A program made the position numbers and the translations under genes. The notes beneath the pieces were generated by a model. The model had not been told where the DNA came from, did no database searches, and was given only the letters and a program-made list of their open reading frames with translations. This document shows, in pieces, positions 27,213 through 39,723 of a DNA stretch of 64,000 bases. Origin of the DNA: Alloascoidea hylecoeti (Eukaryota); contig BCKZ01000014.1 of NCBI GenBank assembly GCA_001600815.1, forward strand, positions 248,001-312,000, read 5' to 3'. Position 1 is the first letter of the stretch. Each line of letters begins with the position of its first letter.

Positions 27213-29057
27213 ATGAATTCAACAATGAATGGTTGGATTGAGATGGAGCTGGGTGATATGGGTCGCTCAGTCTTTAATGATCAACCACTCACAGACGACA
27301 AACGACAACTTAAGGAAAGCAGTATTGCAACGGCATTATCTCTTAAAGACTTGGATATTTTAAAGACCCTTGCCAAATCAAGAGAAGGTCTAATGAAAGA
27401 TAACATCAGAAAAGAGATCTGGCCACTCTTTCTTGGAATGAAATCTTTTACTGAGGAACCTCAAGTGATATCAGCAATCAATAATGAAATACTGGACGTA
27501 AACAAAGAGAAGAAACATGAAATCAATAACAGTAAGACTGAATCTAAAGGACTTGATACAGATGGAAATTACAAAAACAAGACAACTTATAAACTTTTTA
27601 AAAATGAACTAGATAGCTACAAAGGTGTTGACTGGAAATCTCTATCCCCTCATAAGGACGAGGCACAGGTAAGACTTGATGTCGATCGAGCATTTGTCTT
27701 TTATCCTAAGGAGCACGCAGAACAAATCATGAAACGCAAAGAACAGTTGTATAATACTATTGTCCAGGTACTCAGAAGAAATCCCAAATTATCCTATTAC
27801 CAAGGTTATCATGATATTTGCCAAGTGCTCCTATTGGTTTTTGGAGTCGATGAAGCGGCCATTGATATCATTGAACATGTTACACTGTTCTTTTTGAGAG
27901 ACTTCATGTTACCAAATATTTCATCTTCTATTGATCATTTAAAACTGATACCTCCACTTCTTTTCCAAGTTGATTCTGAACTTGCTGACATTCTAAATGA
28001 TATCCAACCTTTTTATGCACTTTCCTCCATTCTGACACTTTTTTGCCACGATATCCATAGTTTTCCCGATATTTGTATCATTTTTGATTTTATCTTTTCT
28101 ACAAAAACAATGGTGGCACCAATTTACCTATATGTTTCTATCATTTTACAAAGAAAGAAAGAAATTATCGATTTACAAACTTCCGATTCTGATATTATTC
28201 ACTCCTTCCTTTCCAATCTTCCAAATCCTCTATCATCTTTAACCGTCTTTGATGCTATAAATCGCGCTTCTAAATTACTAACACAATACCCAGTGAGCCT
28301 ACTTAAAGAATGGACGGAGATATCGGATTATTCCGTCTTAAAGACGACGGCCATCCCACCATTTTCTTGGTCTTTAAGGGCCTTAGATGAAAGGCTGTAT
28401 GACTCTCAAACTGTTGCTGGGGATGAAAGCTTTTATGAATTAAGCGATAAATACGTTTTAAGCCCCGAAGGTTATTCTTCTCCAGAATATAATGAGTCGG
28501 CTACCACCTCTGCAGCTACTTTGAGCAGCGATTTAACTATTTATTCAAGGGATGTAATTGACCAAATTTTTGAAAAACACATCACAGAAGCCTTAGAGAA
28601 AGCACGTCTAGAAGAAGAAAAGCGAAAACTCGAACGTGAGGAAGCCGCAAGAAGACTAGAAGCTCGATTAGAAGCGAGAAGATTGGAGAAAAAGAAGCTA
28701 CAAGCACAATCTCAACAGAAATCTATGTTTGCATATGTTATTCTACTGGCTAATAACTTCGTTAATTCTTCATCATCAGGTGATAAACCAGATAAGAAAC
28801 GTACTCTTATTTATCTGTCACATGCTGGTAAACTGGCAGTTACTGTTGGGGTTATAGGTATCTTAGTAGGTATTTATCTAAGAAGTAATTACAGCTCTCA
28901 AAGCTATTATAAACTGTTTCAAGAGATTAATAGAGATGGACGAGCATTTGGTAGTAGTGCATTAAACAGTTTAGGTATTAATGCAACTAAGATTGATCAA
29001 TATGGATGGTCAATGGTATATGGTGTAAAGAACTGGTACAATACAATTCGGGGTTGA
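27213..29057 (+). CDS. GYP8: TBC-domain Rab GTPase-activating protein (Gyp8/TBC1D20-like) with a C-terminal TM helix
   Basis: IRKEIWP, HKDEAQVRLDVDRAF (Arg finger), YYQGYHDI (Gln finger) and FLRDFM. The start was placed at the ATG at 27213 and is uncertain. Confidence 0.82.
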   Translation: MNSTMNGWIEMELGDMGRSVFNDQPLTDDKRQLKESSIATALSLKDLDILKTLAKSREGLMKDNIRKEIWPLFLGMKSFTEEPQVISAINNEILDVNKEKKHEINNSKTESKGLDTDGNYKNKTTYKLFKNELDSYKGVDWKSLSPHKDEAQVRLDVDRAFVFYPKEHAEQIMKRKEQLYNTIVQVLRRNPKLSYYQGYHDICQVLLLVFGVDEAAIDIIEHVTLFFLRDFMLPNISSSIDHLKLIPPLLFQVDSELADILNDIQPFYALSSILTLFCHDIHSFPDICIIFDFIFSTKTMVAPIYLYVSIILQRKKEIIDLQTSDSDIIHSFLSNLPNPLSSLTVFDAINRASKLLTQYPVSLLKEWTEISDYSVLKTTAIPPFSWSLRALDERLYDSQTVAGDESFYELSDKYVLSPEGYSSPEYNESATTSAATLSSDLTIYSRDVIDQIFEKHITEALEKARLEEEKRKLEREEAARRLEARLEARRLEKKKLQAQSQQKSMFAYVILLANNFVNSSSSGDKPDKKRTLIYLSHAGKLAVTVGVIGILVGIYLRSNYSSQSYYKLFQEINRDGRAFGSSALNSLGINATKIDQYGWSMVYGVKNWYNTIRG

Positions 29058-29346
29058 TTTTTGTAATTTGACTATTTTTTATGTTTACTTTTACTGAGTT
29101 TACTATTTTATTAAGTTTACTATTTTGGCGTTAATATATTGTTTTATAGTTGTGGTGTGTCAATTTACCGTCGTTTCTAATTATGGATATTTGATTATAT
29201 ATCTTATGTGTAGTGTAAACGATATGGATTATATTGTTTATTTTGTCGTGATCGTTCGTTTATCAAGTCTAGTTATACTAATTGATTAATTCTACCTTTT
29301 TATCATTCTAAAAGTACATTAATATTGTAATTAGGTATTCTTAATT

Positions 29347-30075
29347 TTAGTCTATAACTTCAATTTCATAAATTAATACAGCTTCTGTGCTATTACCTTG
29401 GAACCCTCTATTACCACTGGAAGTTATCATATATTTGCAACTAGGATCAACATATATATTGGATAACACACCACCATGATGCCCAGGGATGATGAGAAAG
29501 GGTGTAGTTTTTAATGTGTACTTTTCAAAGTCGTACATTCTGATATTATCTTGAGATCCACATAATAGATGACGGTTATTTGGCAGAGCCTGAACGGCAC
29601 TGACAGCGCCAGAAACAGTAGGGAACCTAAATGTTCGACTGGGATCGATGATTTTTCTTAAATCAAACTCTTCAACAGTGCTATTCCTTCGACCGGCGTA
29701 TATTGCGTTACCATCGACTGACCAACATGATGAAACACACCAAGGTGGAGTGCCAGAGGGAACTACGATATGAGCGACCCTATTGTTTTCCCTTTGGTCC
29801 CAAATGTCTATTGTACCATCTATACTTGAAGTTTGGAAGATATTGTGAGATTGTACTTTTTGATCATCGTATACAACATTTGAATATTTCTTTTTCGTTG
29901 AATTGTTATTCTCACTTTCTTTATTTTCATCCTTTATTTGCAGGCCACCTTTGTTTTGAGCATCGATATCAATGTCCATTGCATCATTATCAACTACCTC
30001 CGTCTTTATCTCTGTCTTTTCTATTGAGTCATTATTAATTTCAGATTTGTCATCACCCTTAGAAGTAGCAGCATT

Positions 30076-30135
<60 letters not shown>

Positions 30136-31317
30136 GTCATCACCGAATAAGGATTCTAAATCACTTTTCTCTTCTTCACCCTTAGAATCACTTACATTGC
30201 TAGCATTATCCTTCTGGCCTTGTCCGCCATTTTCCATCGTGGAATCATAAAAAAATACACTTTGTTTAAGTTCTGTTGTATTTACAGCTCCTGGTATTAA
30301 AGGTTGATACTGCAAGGACGTGACTTGACCAGAAAGTAACGTACTGAAATCCTGTAAAACTTTACCAGTGTTTAGATCCCATAAATACACAGCTTTATCC
30401 CATCCTCCTGATAACACTTGGGTTTCATCATCATTAAGTTGTAGCATTGATACAGTTGAGGTGTGTTTTCGTAAGCACGCGTGAATTTGCCCTTCTGAAT
30501 GTCGTATGCTTTGTAAATTGATACCACCACTTTGTAGTCCCGATAAAAGCCATAATGCTTTTGACTGAACAGCAAGTGAATAAACCTGGGAAAGCTTTGG
30601 TTCATAACTACCATCTGAATCAAATTTGATTTTATCTTTGTATTGTGGTTCTTCATTTTCCCAATAAGATTCTAAAACTCCACTTCTTGTTATTGAGTCG
30701 ACAAATGGATGCCTCTGTGCAAGTGTTAATGGTGCCTTTCCATTTATTGATGCAAAAAAATCATACTTCCTTATAAATCCATCTGAACCACCAGTGAATA
30801 ACCATTTAAGCCCACGAGACATTGCAATACAATGTATTGCACAATTGTGAGGCGCTGCTGCATAGGGAACAATATCATATAGTGAACAGGAGTCAGCTCC
30901 TGGTACTAAATAAGATTTAAAATGATTCGGTGATATTATAGGCTGTGATGGTAATTTATGATCAACTATAGTTGTTTTGTCAGTAAACCGATCACCTTTA
31001 TTTATTTCATGACCAGTATTAACATTGCTATTTTGACCATCTTCATTATCTTTCTCATAATTTTCGTTATCATTTTCATTATCGTCATCATTGTCATTTT
31101 CATTTTCATCTTCATTGTCATTTTCATCATCATCTTCCTCCTCCTCCTCGTCTTCGTCATCATCTTGATCAATAGCATTATTGTCTTGGCTCATAGGCAA
31201 TTCTTGGTCGATATCATCGTGCTGTTCGGATTCTTCATCAATATCCATTTCATTATCGAACATATCATCATCTTCAATGTCTTCGACATTATCCAATTCC
31301 TGTGTGATAGAAGCCAT
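29347..31317 (-). CDS. SPT8: SAGA WD40 subunit Spt8
   Basis: Acidic N-terminus, YDIVPYAAAP, LFTGGSDGFIRKY, SYWENEEP, PPWCVSSCWS, PFLIIPGHHGG and SGNRG. Confidence 0.93.
30076..30141. repeat. (TCA)n microsatellite encoding a poly-Asp tract in Spt8
   Basis: About 22 trinucleotide units with one variant unit. Confidence 0.95.
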
Positions 31318-31543
31318 CCTAAATTTCAAGGTTCTAAATGTCTGTTTTTTCGTCTCTAGTAATGCGTACAAATCCGGGTAAATAATTGAAATTACATGAA
31401 TTTTGATAAGGTTTACCTACAACACTAGACAACAATAATGTATGGAATAATTTATTTTAGATTTATTTATTTACGATCATAAAAAGTAATGCATTACTAA
31501 TAGGAGTATATATGTACTATATATGGCATATAGAATGAATTTT

Positions 31544-33229
31544 TCATTCACCAATAACGTTCTTTAAAGTGTAGGTCATAACAATGGGTAATGTAATGAT
31601 CAGTAATGGGTATTGTATAAGAAATGTCAGTGCAACACAGTCCATTTCAACATGAGCTCCAGGAGGAGAATAAAAAGCAGTAACGTATATGTTTGATGTT
31701 TGGGTTGGTACAGCTGAAACAAGAATTAATATAAATGGCGCTAGTATGTCAGTTTTCTCGATCCAGCCAATGTCTTGAAACTTAAGAGCTAGGGCAATAA
31801 ATATGATAGGCAAAATAACAAGTTTCAATAGTGACATCAATATTATATTAACGTAAAACCCTATGGGCATATTTTTGAGTTTAAGCCGAGAAATTGTGGC
31901 CCCAAGCATAGATAATCCTAATGGTACTGCAGCATTTCCAACAAATGAAGTGAAGTCCATAATAAAGTTAAACATCGGTAAACCATCCGGTGCCTGTGGT
32001 AACTGGACCGAAGCCTTTTTGTAGAATAATGCTCTAGTCCATGGAATCATTGTAATAACAATTGAGATAATAAGAGCTAATGGAAGTGGCTTTTTGCAAT
32101 TTTTAATAAAAAACACAATACCATTGAAAACCATAAAAAATAAGTTTTTTCTTTCCTTTTTTTCTGGTATGAGTGGTGAACTCTTAATTGATATTGGCTC
32201 CATTGAAAAGATACTCGTTGTTCTTTCTATACGGCCATCTCTGCTAGCTTGCCGAATTATATCGGCCTCACTATATTCACGAATAATATCATCCATCGTT
32301 TGAGTTGGTCGTCTTCTTAGTTCTGAGCTATAAGATAATATTCGAGTTGTGCTGGGAAGGTTACTCATTGATTGAGAATATGAAACCTGGCTAGATACGT
32401 TATGTAAGGAAATATTAAGGGAGCGAACTTGCGTAAGTTCATGAATCATCTCTTGTGAAACATTTTCGAGGCTGATATTGGTATCATTAGAAGACTGACC
32501 GCTTACACTAGGTGCAACATTTTTACTAACTATTTTAGGACTTTTGTTTTCTACTGGGCAGGGCGTTCGACTTTGTGATTCTTTTTCTGTTATGTCATTT
32601 TCAGTATCTGACCAAAATTTTATACTCCTTAGTGATAGAATCGGAGTAAAATCAGGTTCCTCTTCTGGTATCTTTGAATTTGCTTGACTTTCTTCGTCAT
32701 CCTTGTTTACTAAACGGTCTCGAAAATCTGATTCAATTAAGTAATAACCTCCTAAGTTCCAAAATGTAAAAGTTGCAACGGCTAAACAAATAGTAGCATA
32801 TGCAACACCCAAATCAGCTTGTGAAGTTGTAAATAGCGATCCCGTAGCCATAGATTGAATGTATGCTATTGGAAGATCTCCTGTATTATTCCAAACAGTA
32901 TTAGCTACAAACCCTCCTCTCCATTGTTTAGGACACGGGAAAAAAAGAATAAGAAGAAATCCCCCCACAAACCCGATTGCTGTTAGTAGCGAGGTACCTA
33001 AAACCATAATACCAATCATTTTGATGACCGATCCGTCTAAAGATGACACAATCTTGTTGAATATTAGACATGGGTATAATACCATCAAAATCATACTTGC
33101 TATAGTCCTACCAGCCTCGACAGTTAATATATTGCTCTTCGCCAGAACTATTCCCATCAATATATTGAGAATGATTTTAAATATAGGCTTCACAGCCATG
33201 AAAATTGCTTCTCCCAATGTGATACCCAT
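31544..33229 (-). CDS. Auxin efflux carrier (AEC) family membrane protein, Ecm3/YNL095C-like
   Basis: LGEAIFMAVKPIFKI, NTGDLPIAYIQSM, APDGLP..FIMDFTSFVGNAAVPLGL; two TM blocks separated by a hydrophilic loop. Confidence 0.88.
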   Translation of the reverse strand: MGITLGEAIFMAVKPIFKIILNILMGIVLAKSNILTVEAGRTIASMILMVLYPCLIFNKIVSSLDGSVIKMIGIMVLGTSLLTAIGFVGGFLLILFFPCPKQWRGGFVANTVWNNTGDLPIAYIQSMATGSLFTTSQADLGVAYATICLAVATFTFWNLGGYYLIESDFRDRLVNKDDEESQANSKIPEEEPDFTPILSLRSIKFWSDTENDITEKESQSRTPCPVENKSPKIVSKNVAPSVSGQSSNDTNISLENVSQEMIHELTQVRSLNISLHNVSSQVSYSQSMSNLPSTTRILSYSSELRRRPTQTMDDIIREYSEADIIRQASRDGRIERTTSIFSMEPISIKSSPLIPEKKERKNLFFMVFNGIVFFIKNCKKPLPLALIISIVITMIPWTRALFYKKASVQLPQAPDGLPMFNFIMDFTSFVGNAAVPLGLSMLGATISRLKLKNMPIGFYVNIILMSLLKLVILPIIFIALALKFQDIGWIEKTDILAPFILILVSAVPTQTSNIYVTAFYSPPGAHVEMDCVALTFLIQYPLLIITLPIVMTYTLKNVIGE

Positions 33230-34146
33230 TTTCTAATAAAAATAACTGCGACAATGATTTTTCAAACAAATTGTCTTTGGCCTGAGGTTCTTGAAAAAAA
33301 TATGTTAGTGCTGTTTTATATGAAATGTTATTAATTTTCATAAATTTGAGACTAATATTGGAGGAGTGAAAAATTATATTATGTTTGAGTCATCAAATTC
33401 ACTGGGCAATTTAAATGATAAGAAAATCGTTTCTAAAATCTTTTTTGAACTTCTGTCGATGTATTTTACTGTGATTTATGAGTTTATGACGATCAATAGT
33501 TCTGTCACATATAATTCTATAATTTTATACTGTTAAAAGTCAGAGAAACATTAATGATATAAGCAACAGTCACATGAATGTGCGTATAGTTAGATTTGTG
33601 GAACTTCTTCATAAATAGTTTCAAGAAATTGCATAAATTTTTATAGAAAGTGGCCAGATTTGAAACTTGACAGGAACAGATCCCTTAAATTTATAAAAAG
33701 CATGAATGAACAAGTCTTTAAGTCTTCAGATGCCGTACCGATCAGATTAGGGGCGAACTCTCACAAAATCGAATAATGTGGCACTGAAGTTGTTCTTTCC
33801 GATTGATTCAATAAAACCTTGAAGATGCATCTCCTTCATTAATGTGATTTGATGGAAGAAGAGAGAATGGGCTGTAACATGAGAGGACAGAGCCATTTAA
33901 CAGACTATGGTTGGGATGGTTGAGGAACCATCACGATAAGAGCCTATAGCAGTTAGATTACCTAAGCATTTTCTATTCTAGGGTTATTTAATCTTCTTCA
34001 TATGTTACAATAATATCGTTTGTATCTTATAAGATTATCTATAACTTTTTATAGGTAGCTAATATATACAATTTTCCTTTATAATGAATTCGAATTCAGA
34101 TATAAGCCCTATTCCTTTTCAGTTTATTTGAACCACAGTCATTTTA

Positions 34147-35864
34147 TCAATACCCTTCTCTATCACTTCCTGCTTCATCATCGTCATCATCATTGCCAAT
34201 CTTTAACTCGACTTGTTTCGAACCTTTATTCTCTATTATACCTCTAGCGGTAAGAAATTCAAAAATTGGATCACCATTGAATGAATCTATGAAAGCAAAA
34301 AATCCATGAAACACATTTTCCTTAGCTTCCTCGCTATATATCTTATCATAAATATACTTCATTTTGAAATCTTCCATTTCTTTTTCATAAGGCTCAAATG
34401 TTAACTGCGGATGCCCAAAGCTCTCGAGTTTTTTGTTATAGCCTTCGTAGATAGGATTCTGCAACAAAAGACCCAAACTTGGAGCCTTTGGAATATTTAT
34501 TTTGGAAGCTTTAAATGCTTCAGTAATTCTCTCCAAGGGACAACCTGTTCTAACAACTAGCGCAACCATTGAAATCATTTTTCTAATTTGATGCAGCATA
34601 AAAGATTGACCATGGATCTTAATAGATATCCATTCAGTTCCCTCAATGATCTTGGGCTCAGATGCAACTAAAGATTTCATGAATCTTTGAGCACTAGGAT
34701 CTTTATATGCCTTCCCGATTGTAAAGTTATGAAAGTTATGTCCACCTTCATAAAGTTTTAAAGCTTTTCTGACTAATTCTAGCCTCTCTTGGGAAATTCT
34801 ATATTGACGTCTTTCTTGGTTTTCAATTATCTTCATTCGTTTTACGATTTCAAGTAATTTGGTCTTCTCAACGTCAGACGAACTAGATTGAACGATCTCT
34901 TCTTCTGTGTGTGATGTGGATCTTTGATATTCCTCAAGATCAATTTGTTTCATTGCTGTAAGAGTATCTTCTTCGGAGATACCTTCATTTAATAGTTTTT
35001 GTTTGACATTTTCCCACCAAATTTTTCCTTCTTCATCTTCTCTCGTATGTCCTGGAAATTCCTTTTTAGCTTCCTCTATTGCTTTAGCAAGAGAAGTTGT
35101 TGGTTTCGGAGGAAGAAAAGCATATGATGGAATAAGGTATTCATAAATACGCGAGTCGCAAACTTTTCTGCATTCAAAACTTTTATTCGTTCTACTTATT
35201 CCCCACACTCTAATAGTCTCTGGTAATTCTTCATTGATTTTTTCTTTAATCTTAGGATCCTCTGTAATAAGTTTCAAGGAAACTACGTTTCCAGCAGCAT
35301 GAACGCCTTTATCAGTCCTAGCAGCTCTCATAAAGCCAGATTTTTTGGGATCAGCAGCATTATCTGCTGATACAGCACCTGCTCTACCGAAAGCAGCGTA
35401 CAGGTCACCTTCAATTGTTTTGTTTGGTGGATTGATTTGCATTCCATGATAGCCTGTTCCACAATATCCAATTAAAACAGCAACTTTTTTCTTTGGCTTT
35501 CTTTCTTCCTTTGGTAGACCATTATCGGGTCTAGGTGCTTCAATGCGATGAGTTCTAATTATCAAATTGAAAGTTAGATACCTATCTGCTGCAACTACAA
35601 TTGAATCTTGACATACCTTTGTTTTCTAGCTTCCGTTCTTGGATTTTCTGTTCTTTTTTTATTACCTTTTTTATTAGAATAATCAGAAGTTCTTGGACGT
35701 TTCCAACCACCGCTAGTAGCTCTTTGAAATCGTTCTTCACCATGCTGTTCATCGTCTAAAGTACTTGTTGCTTCGACATCGAGCGAGGGTTTGGATTCTG
35801 ATAACCTGAGCTTTTCAGGCACTTCTGTCTCGACAATTGCTCCTTTATCGGGGATATCAGACAT
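34147..35864 (-). CDS. PUS1: tRNA pseudouridine synthase (TruA family); intron 35616-35555
   Basis: GYCGTGYHGMQ, RAARTDKGVHA and GQSFMLHQIRKM. A GTATGT..TAG intron joins the two ORFs. Confidence 0.94.
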
Positions 35865-36376
35865 TCTTTGACAAATATATAATTATAAGTAAATCAAATC
35901 TTAACTTTTCTTCTCAAAAATAAAATTTTACATGTCATGTGATCATATATTTATAATCGGATTGAGACTGATATTGAATCAATCTCTGAACTCGAATATT
36001 CCATACACTACCAGCAGTGTTGATAATTCCTTAACATCTCTAGTTGTTTTTGTGCAAAGAATTGGAGGAGTTTTAAATCATTGATCAGCAGTGAATAGAT
36101 GCGATGTGGTGATTCAATCTAGTACGTTACGACGACAACTTTAGATTCCTATAGTTCTATATATATTATATATAGAAATGATCTATCCATCAGGGTTGGT
36201 TTCACTATAATTATAAAGTATCTAATAATCTAAAGTAAGAATTGTTGCCCCGTTTATATGGCCATTGGTATTTATACCTATTCTTTCAAGTTTCAATAGT
36301 TACCCGGCATTAAAATTATCAATGAAAAATAATTTGTATATTTTTCAAAATATCATTACTAGAATAAAATTTTATA

Positions 36377-36988
36377 ATGAGACCATTAACTGAAGAGGAA
36401 ACCAAAGTTGTCTTTGAAAAACTAGCGAACTATATTGGAAGGAACATATCGCATATGGTTAATAATGATGAAGATCCTCATTGTTTCAGACTTCAAAAAG
36501 ATCGTGTTTATTATGTTAGGTAAGCTCCATCAATTCAGTAATATGATTACCTCCATTCTGGTCTAACATGATATATTTTTTATAGTGAAAAGATAGCAAA
36601 CTTTGCTATCAGTGTTGCTCGCCATCAACTCATGTCTTTTGGAGTGTGTTTAGGAAAGTTCACTAAGACAGGAAAATTTAGACTTCATATAACAGCATTG
36701 GAATATTTATCTAAGCATGCCAAATACAAAATTTGGGTTAAGCCAAATGGAGAAATGCCTTTCCTGTATGGTAACCACGTCCTTAAAGCACATGTTGGTA
36801 GAATGAGTGATGATATTCCTGAACATAGTGGTGTTATTTTATTGTCAATGTCAGATATTCCACTTGGTTTTGGTGTATCAGCTAAATCAACAATTGAGTC
36901 AAGAAATCTTCAACCAACGTCAATAGTGGCATTCCGACAAGGTGATATTGGAGAATATCTACGAGAAGAAGATACTCTTTTTACATAA
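36377..36988 (+). CDS. NIP7: 60S ribosome biogenesis protein Nip7; intron 36520-36585
   Basis: [35 protein letters not shown] and [14 protein letters not shown]. Confidence 0.97.
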
Positions 36989-37178
36989 AACCCAGACTTA
37001 TATTTGTATTTTGTATATTATCATTAGCATTTTAATAAAGTTGACTGTTAACTATGCGTAAATCGTGTCACGATGACTTTTGGTTCCACCAAATTAATTT
37101 TTCAAGTATCAAGAGTAAAATGGGTTAGATCTAATATTAAATCGCATCTACAGTTGTGAGTTATATTGTATAAATAAT

Positions 37179-38834
37179 ATGCTAAGCTCAACTTCAAGAT
37201 CATCTCTATTCATTCAAACATGTTGTAATGTGACTCGATATAGATCGCAACAATTAATTAGGACGCATTATCCCTCTTCCTCACAATTATTATTTTCACT
37301 TAGAGAATATGGTACCAGTCGGAATAGAAATAACTTCAGAGACTCTAGGAAAAGGAAGACAATTCTCGCAAATTTTAAAAGTGACCCATCGTTAAGAAAG
37401 AAGAAACCTTCTTCGAATACATTCAAGCTTGGTGGGGCTGGTCATCTTAAAGATATGAAAGAAGATCAAACAAACCAACCTAAAAAGAAAATACCGCCCC
37501 CAGTCAGTAGTTTCATTGACCTTCGTCTACTTCCAGAGATAAGGAGAGCATTAGCTAAAGAAGTTTTAAGTTCTAAAGGCAGATCACCAGATGCTGTGGA
37601 GCCCAAATCTTCTAAAGAGGAAGAAATTGGAATGGATAGTCTACTAAAGAAAGTCAAACCAACACCAATTCAAAGCCAAGCAATAAAAGCCATTCAAGAA
37701 AAACGAAAGAATCCCACTCAATTACAAAAATTTTTAATTGCTGCAGAAACTGGTTCGGGAAAAACATGGGCTTATTTAGCCCCTTTACTTCACAAATTAA
37801 AAGAACAAGAGAAAACAGATCAATGGGGTCTTATGTATGATAAACCTATTATTCGTTCTATAATAGTTCTTCCTACTTATGAGCTAGTAGATCAGGTATA
37901 TTCTGTTGCAAAAAGTGTTGAAAAATCACTTGGTCTTCATGTTTTTACATATGGTGAATCAGGCAACAACTTTAGGCAATTCTTTGAACGTTTAGATAAC
38001 AGAATTGATATTTTAATAACAACACCATCTAAACTAAATGCTCTTGCCAATTTAAATGCTTTTAAAAATTCTGCTAAATCATTTAATGGCTGCAGTTTCT
38101 TTGTTGTGGATGAAGCAGATACGTTACTAGATGATAGTTGGTTTACAGAAACTTACCATGCAATCCAGAAAGCTCCTAGGATTACTGACCTTGTTTTCTG
38201 TAGTGCAACAATTCCTAATGGGTTCCTTAATGTTACGGAAAAAGCATTTCCAAATATACAGGTTATTGCTTCACCTAATCTTCATCGCATTCCGAAGTCT
38301 ATTGATTTTAAGGTTATAGACGTTTCTACCAATCCCTATCATAACGATAAATTAAAGGCTTTGGCACAAGTTTTATATGCTATCCATAAAGATGGTTCAG
38401 AGAGGGGATACCAAAAACGAGTTGTCGTCTTTGTAAATAATAAGGAAGAAATTGAGGAATTATCTGAAAGTTTACAGAAGTATGGCCATGATGTTGTAAC
38501 AATTACTGGCTCCGACACCTTTCAAGAAAGACAGCCTAAAATACATGATTTCATCTATGCCGCTAGACCATTGGAAGATTTATCTGATGAGAGCAAGCCA
38601 ATAAAAGTTTTAGTGACGACAGATTTACTTGCTCGAGGTCTAAATTTTGCAGGAGTTAAAAATGTTATTCTTTACGATCTTCCGAAAACTTCTATTGATC
38701 TTGTACATAGATCTGGAAGAACTGGACGAATGATGGAAAAGGGAAGGGTTATATTACTAGTTAATAAGAAAGAAAATAAGTCCTGGGTTAGAGGTCTTCC
38801 CTCAATTATAAAAAAGGGTGTTGCAATTGCATGA
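37179..38834 (+). CDS. MRH4: Mitochondrial DEAD-box RNA helicase
   Basis: Presequence-like N-terminus, PTPIQ, IAAETGSGKTWAYL, DEADTL, SAT and HRSGRTGR. Synteny with PUS1/NIP7 fits MRH4. Confidence 0.88.
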   Translation: MLSSTSRSSLFIQTCCNVTRYRSQQLIRTHYPSSSQLLFSLREYGTSRNRNNFRDSRKRKTILANFKSDPSLRKKKPSSNTFKLGGAGHLKDMKEDQTNQPKKKIPPPVSSFIDLRLLPEIRRALAKEVLSSKGRSPDAVEPKSSKEEEIGMDSLLKKVKPTPIQSQAIKAIQEKRKNPTQLQKFLIAAETGSGKTWAYLAPLLHKLKEQEKTDQWGLMYDKPIIRSIIVLPTYELVDQVYSVAKSVEKSLGLHVFTYGESGNNFRQFFERLDNRIDILITTPSKLNALANLNAFKNSAKSFNGCSFFVVDEADTLLDDSWFTETYHAIQKAPRITDLVFCSATIPNGFLNVTEKAFPNIQVIASPNLHRIPKSIDFKVIDVSTNPYHNDKLKALAQVLYAIHKDGSERGYQKRVVVFVNNKEEIEELSESLQKYGHDVVTITGSDTFQERQPKIHDFIYAARPLEDLSDESKPIKVLVTTDLLARGLNFAGVKNVILYDLPKTSIDLVHRSGRTGRMMEKGRVILLVNKKENKSWVRGLPSIIKKGVAIA

Positions 38835-39199
38835 TCAGAAGTAATTATAACTTACTGGTGTTGTCTTTGTATAGATAATTTTGTCCTGGTTAAGTTTGTA
38901 AATAGTTTAGATGAACATGATCTTAAGCTTATAAAAATAAGAGCTTATAAACACGGTCACTGTTTTTCGTATATTAATTTAGATATCGATTATATATATG
39001 AGGTGTTCATATGTTTACTTTTTAAATACTAATGCTTTTAATCTTACCTCTATATCTGCGGTTAGTATATCTTAATATGTATATTGAATATTAACAATTA
39101 GCTTTTATGATTTTATCTGCAACAATTAATTATACAGTCATTCCTCTTAAGCTCGGTCATTTTTGAACTAAAATACTTTCTAACATCCTAACATCCAAA

Positions 39200-39660
39200 G
39201 GTGGGGTCACCAATCCTCAAGTAACATTCAATCACCTTCACACGACGAGAACACAATTATATGTTAGAGGTTTGATAGAGAAGTTAGGTGAATAATTTAA
39301 AATTATGTAACTAGCGCGAAGCATCACTATATAGCTAAAAGTGGATGTTGCATATCTACAGAGTACATTAAAAGTGGTTATAATATAACTGGCTATCGAG
39401 TACTTGAAGGCCTTATAATTCTTTTAAGATAATACAATATTAGAGAACATCTACTGCTTTATAAAGTGGCAATATAAATTTAGTATTTATTGTAATAATA
39501 ATTAGCACTCTGAAAGTAAGAGAAGCCTGACATCGATCATGAGTAATGGGATCCCTATGCAATGACATGCGATCACCTTCCCAAATTCTGGCCCATTCCA
39601 TAAGTTTCACAGGTCCAGACTTTCTTATATTATAAATTGTATTTCCCAGGTCTTAAGAAT
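39200..39660 (-). pseudogene. Heavily decayed totivirus Gag-like fragment (copy a)
   Basis: Homologous to 40130-40300: GAAGGTGATCGCATGTCAT versus GAAGGTGATTTACCATGTCAT, and FSNIVLS*K versus ICNIIL*K. Many stops; boundaries are approximate. Confidence 0.45.
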
Positions 39661-39723
39661 CTAGTATGATCTATGAAATCACTAAAACTACTATCTGTAA
39701 TATCATCTTCTGAAAGGAAAAAA

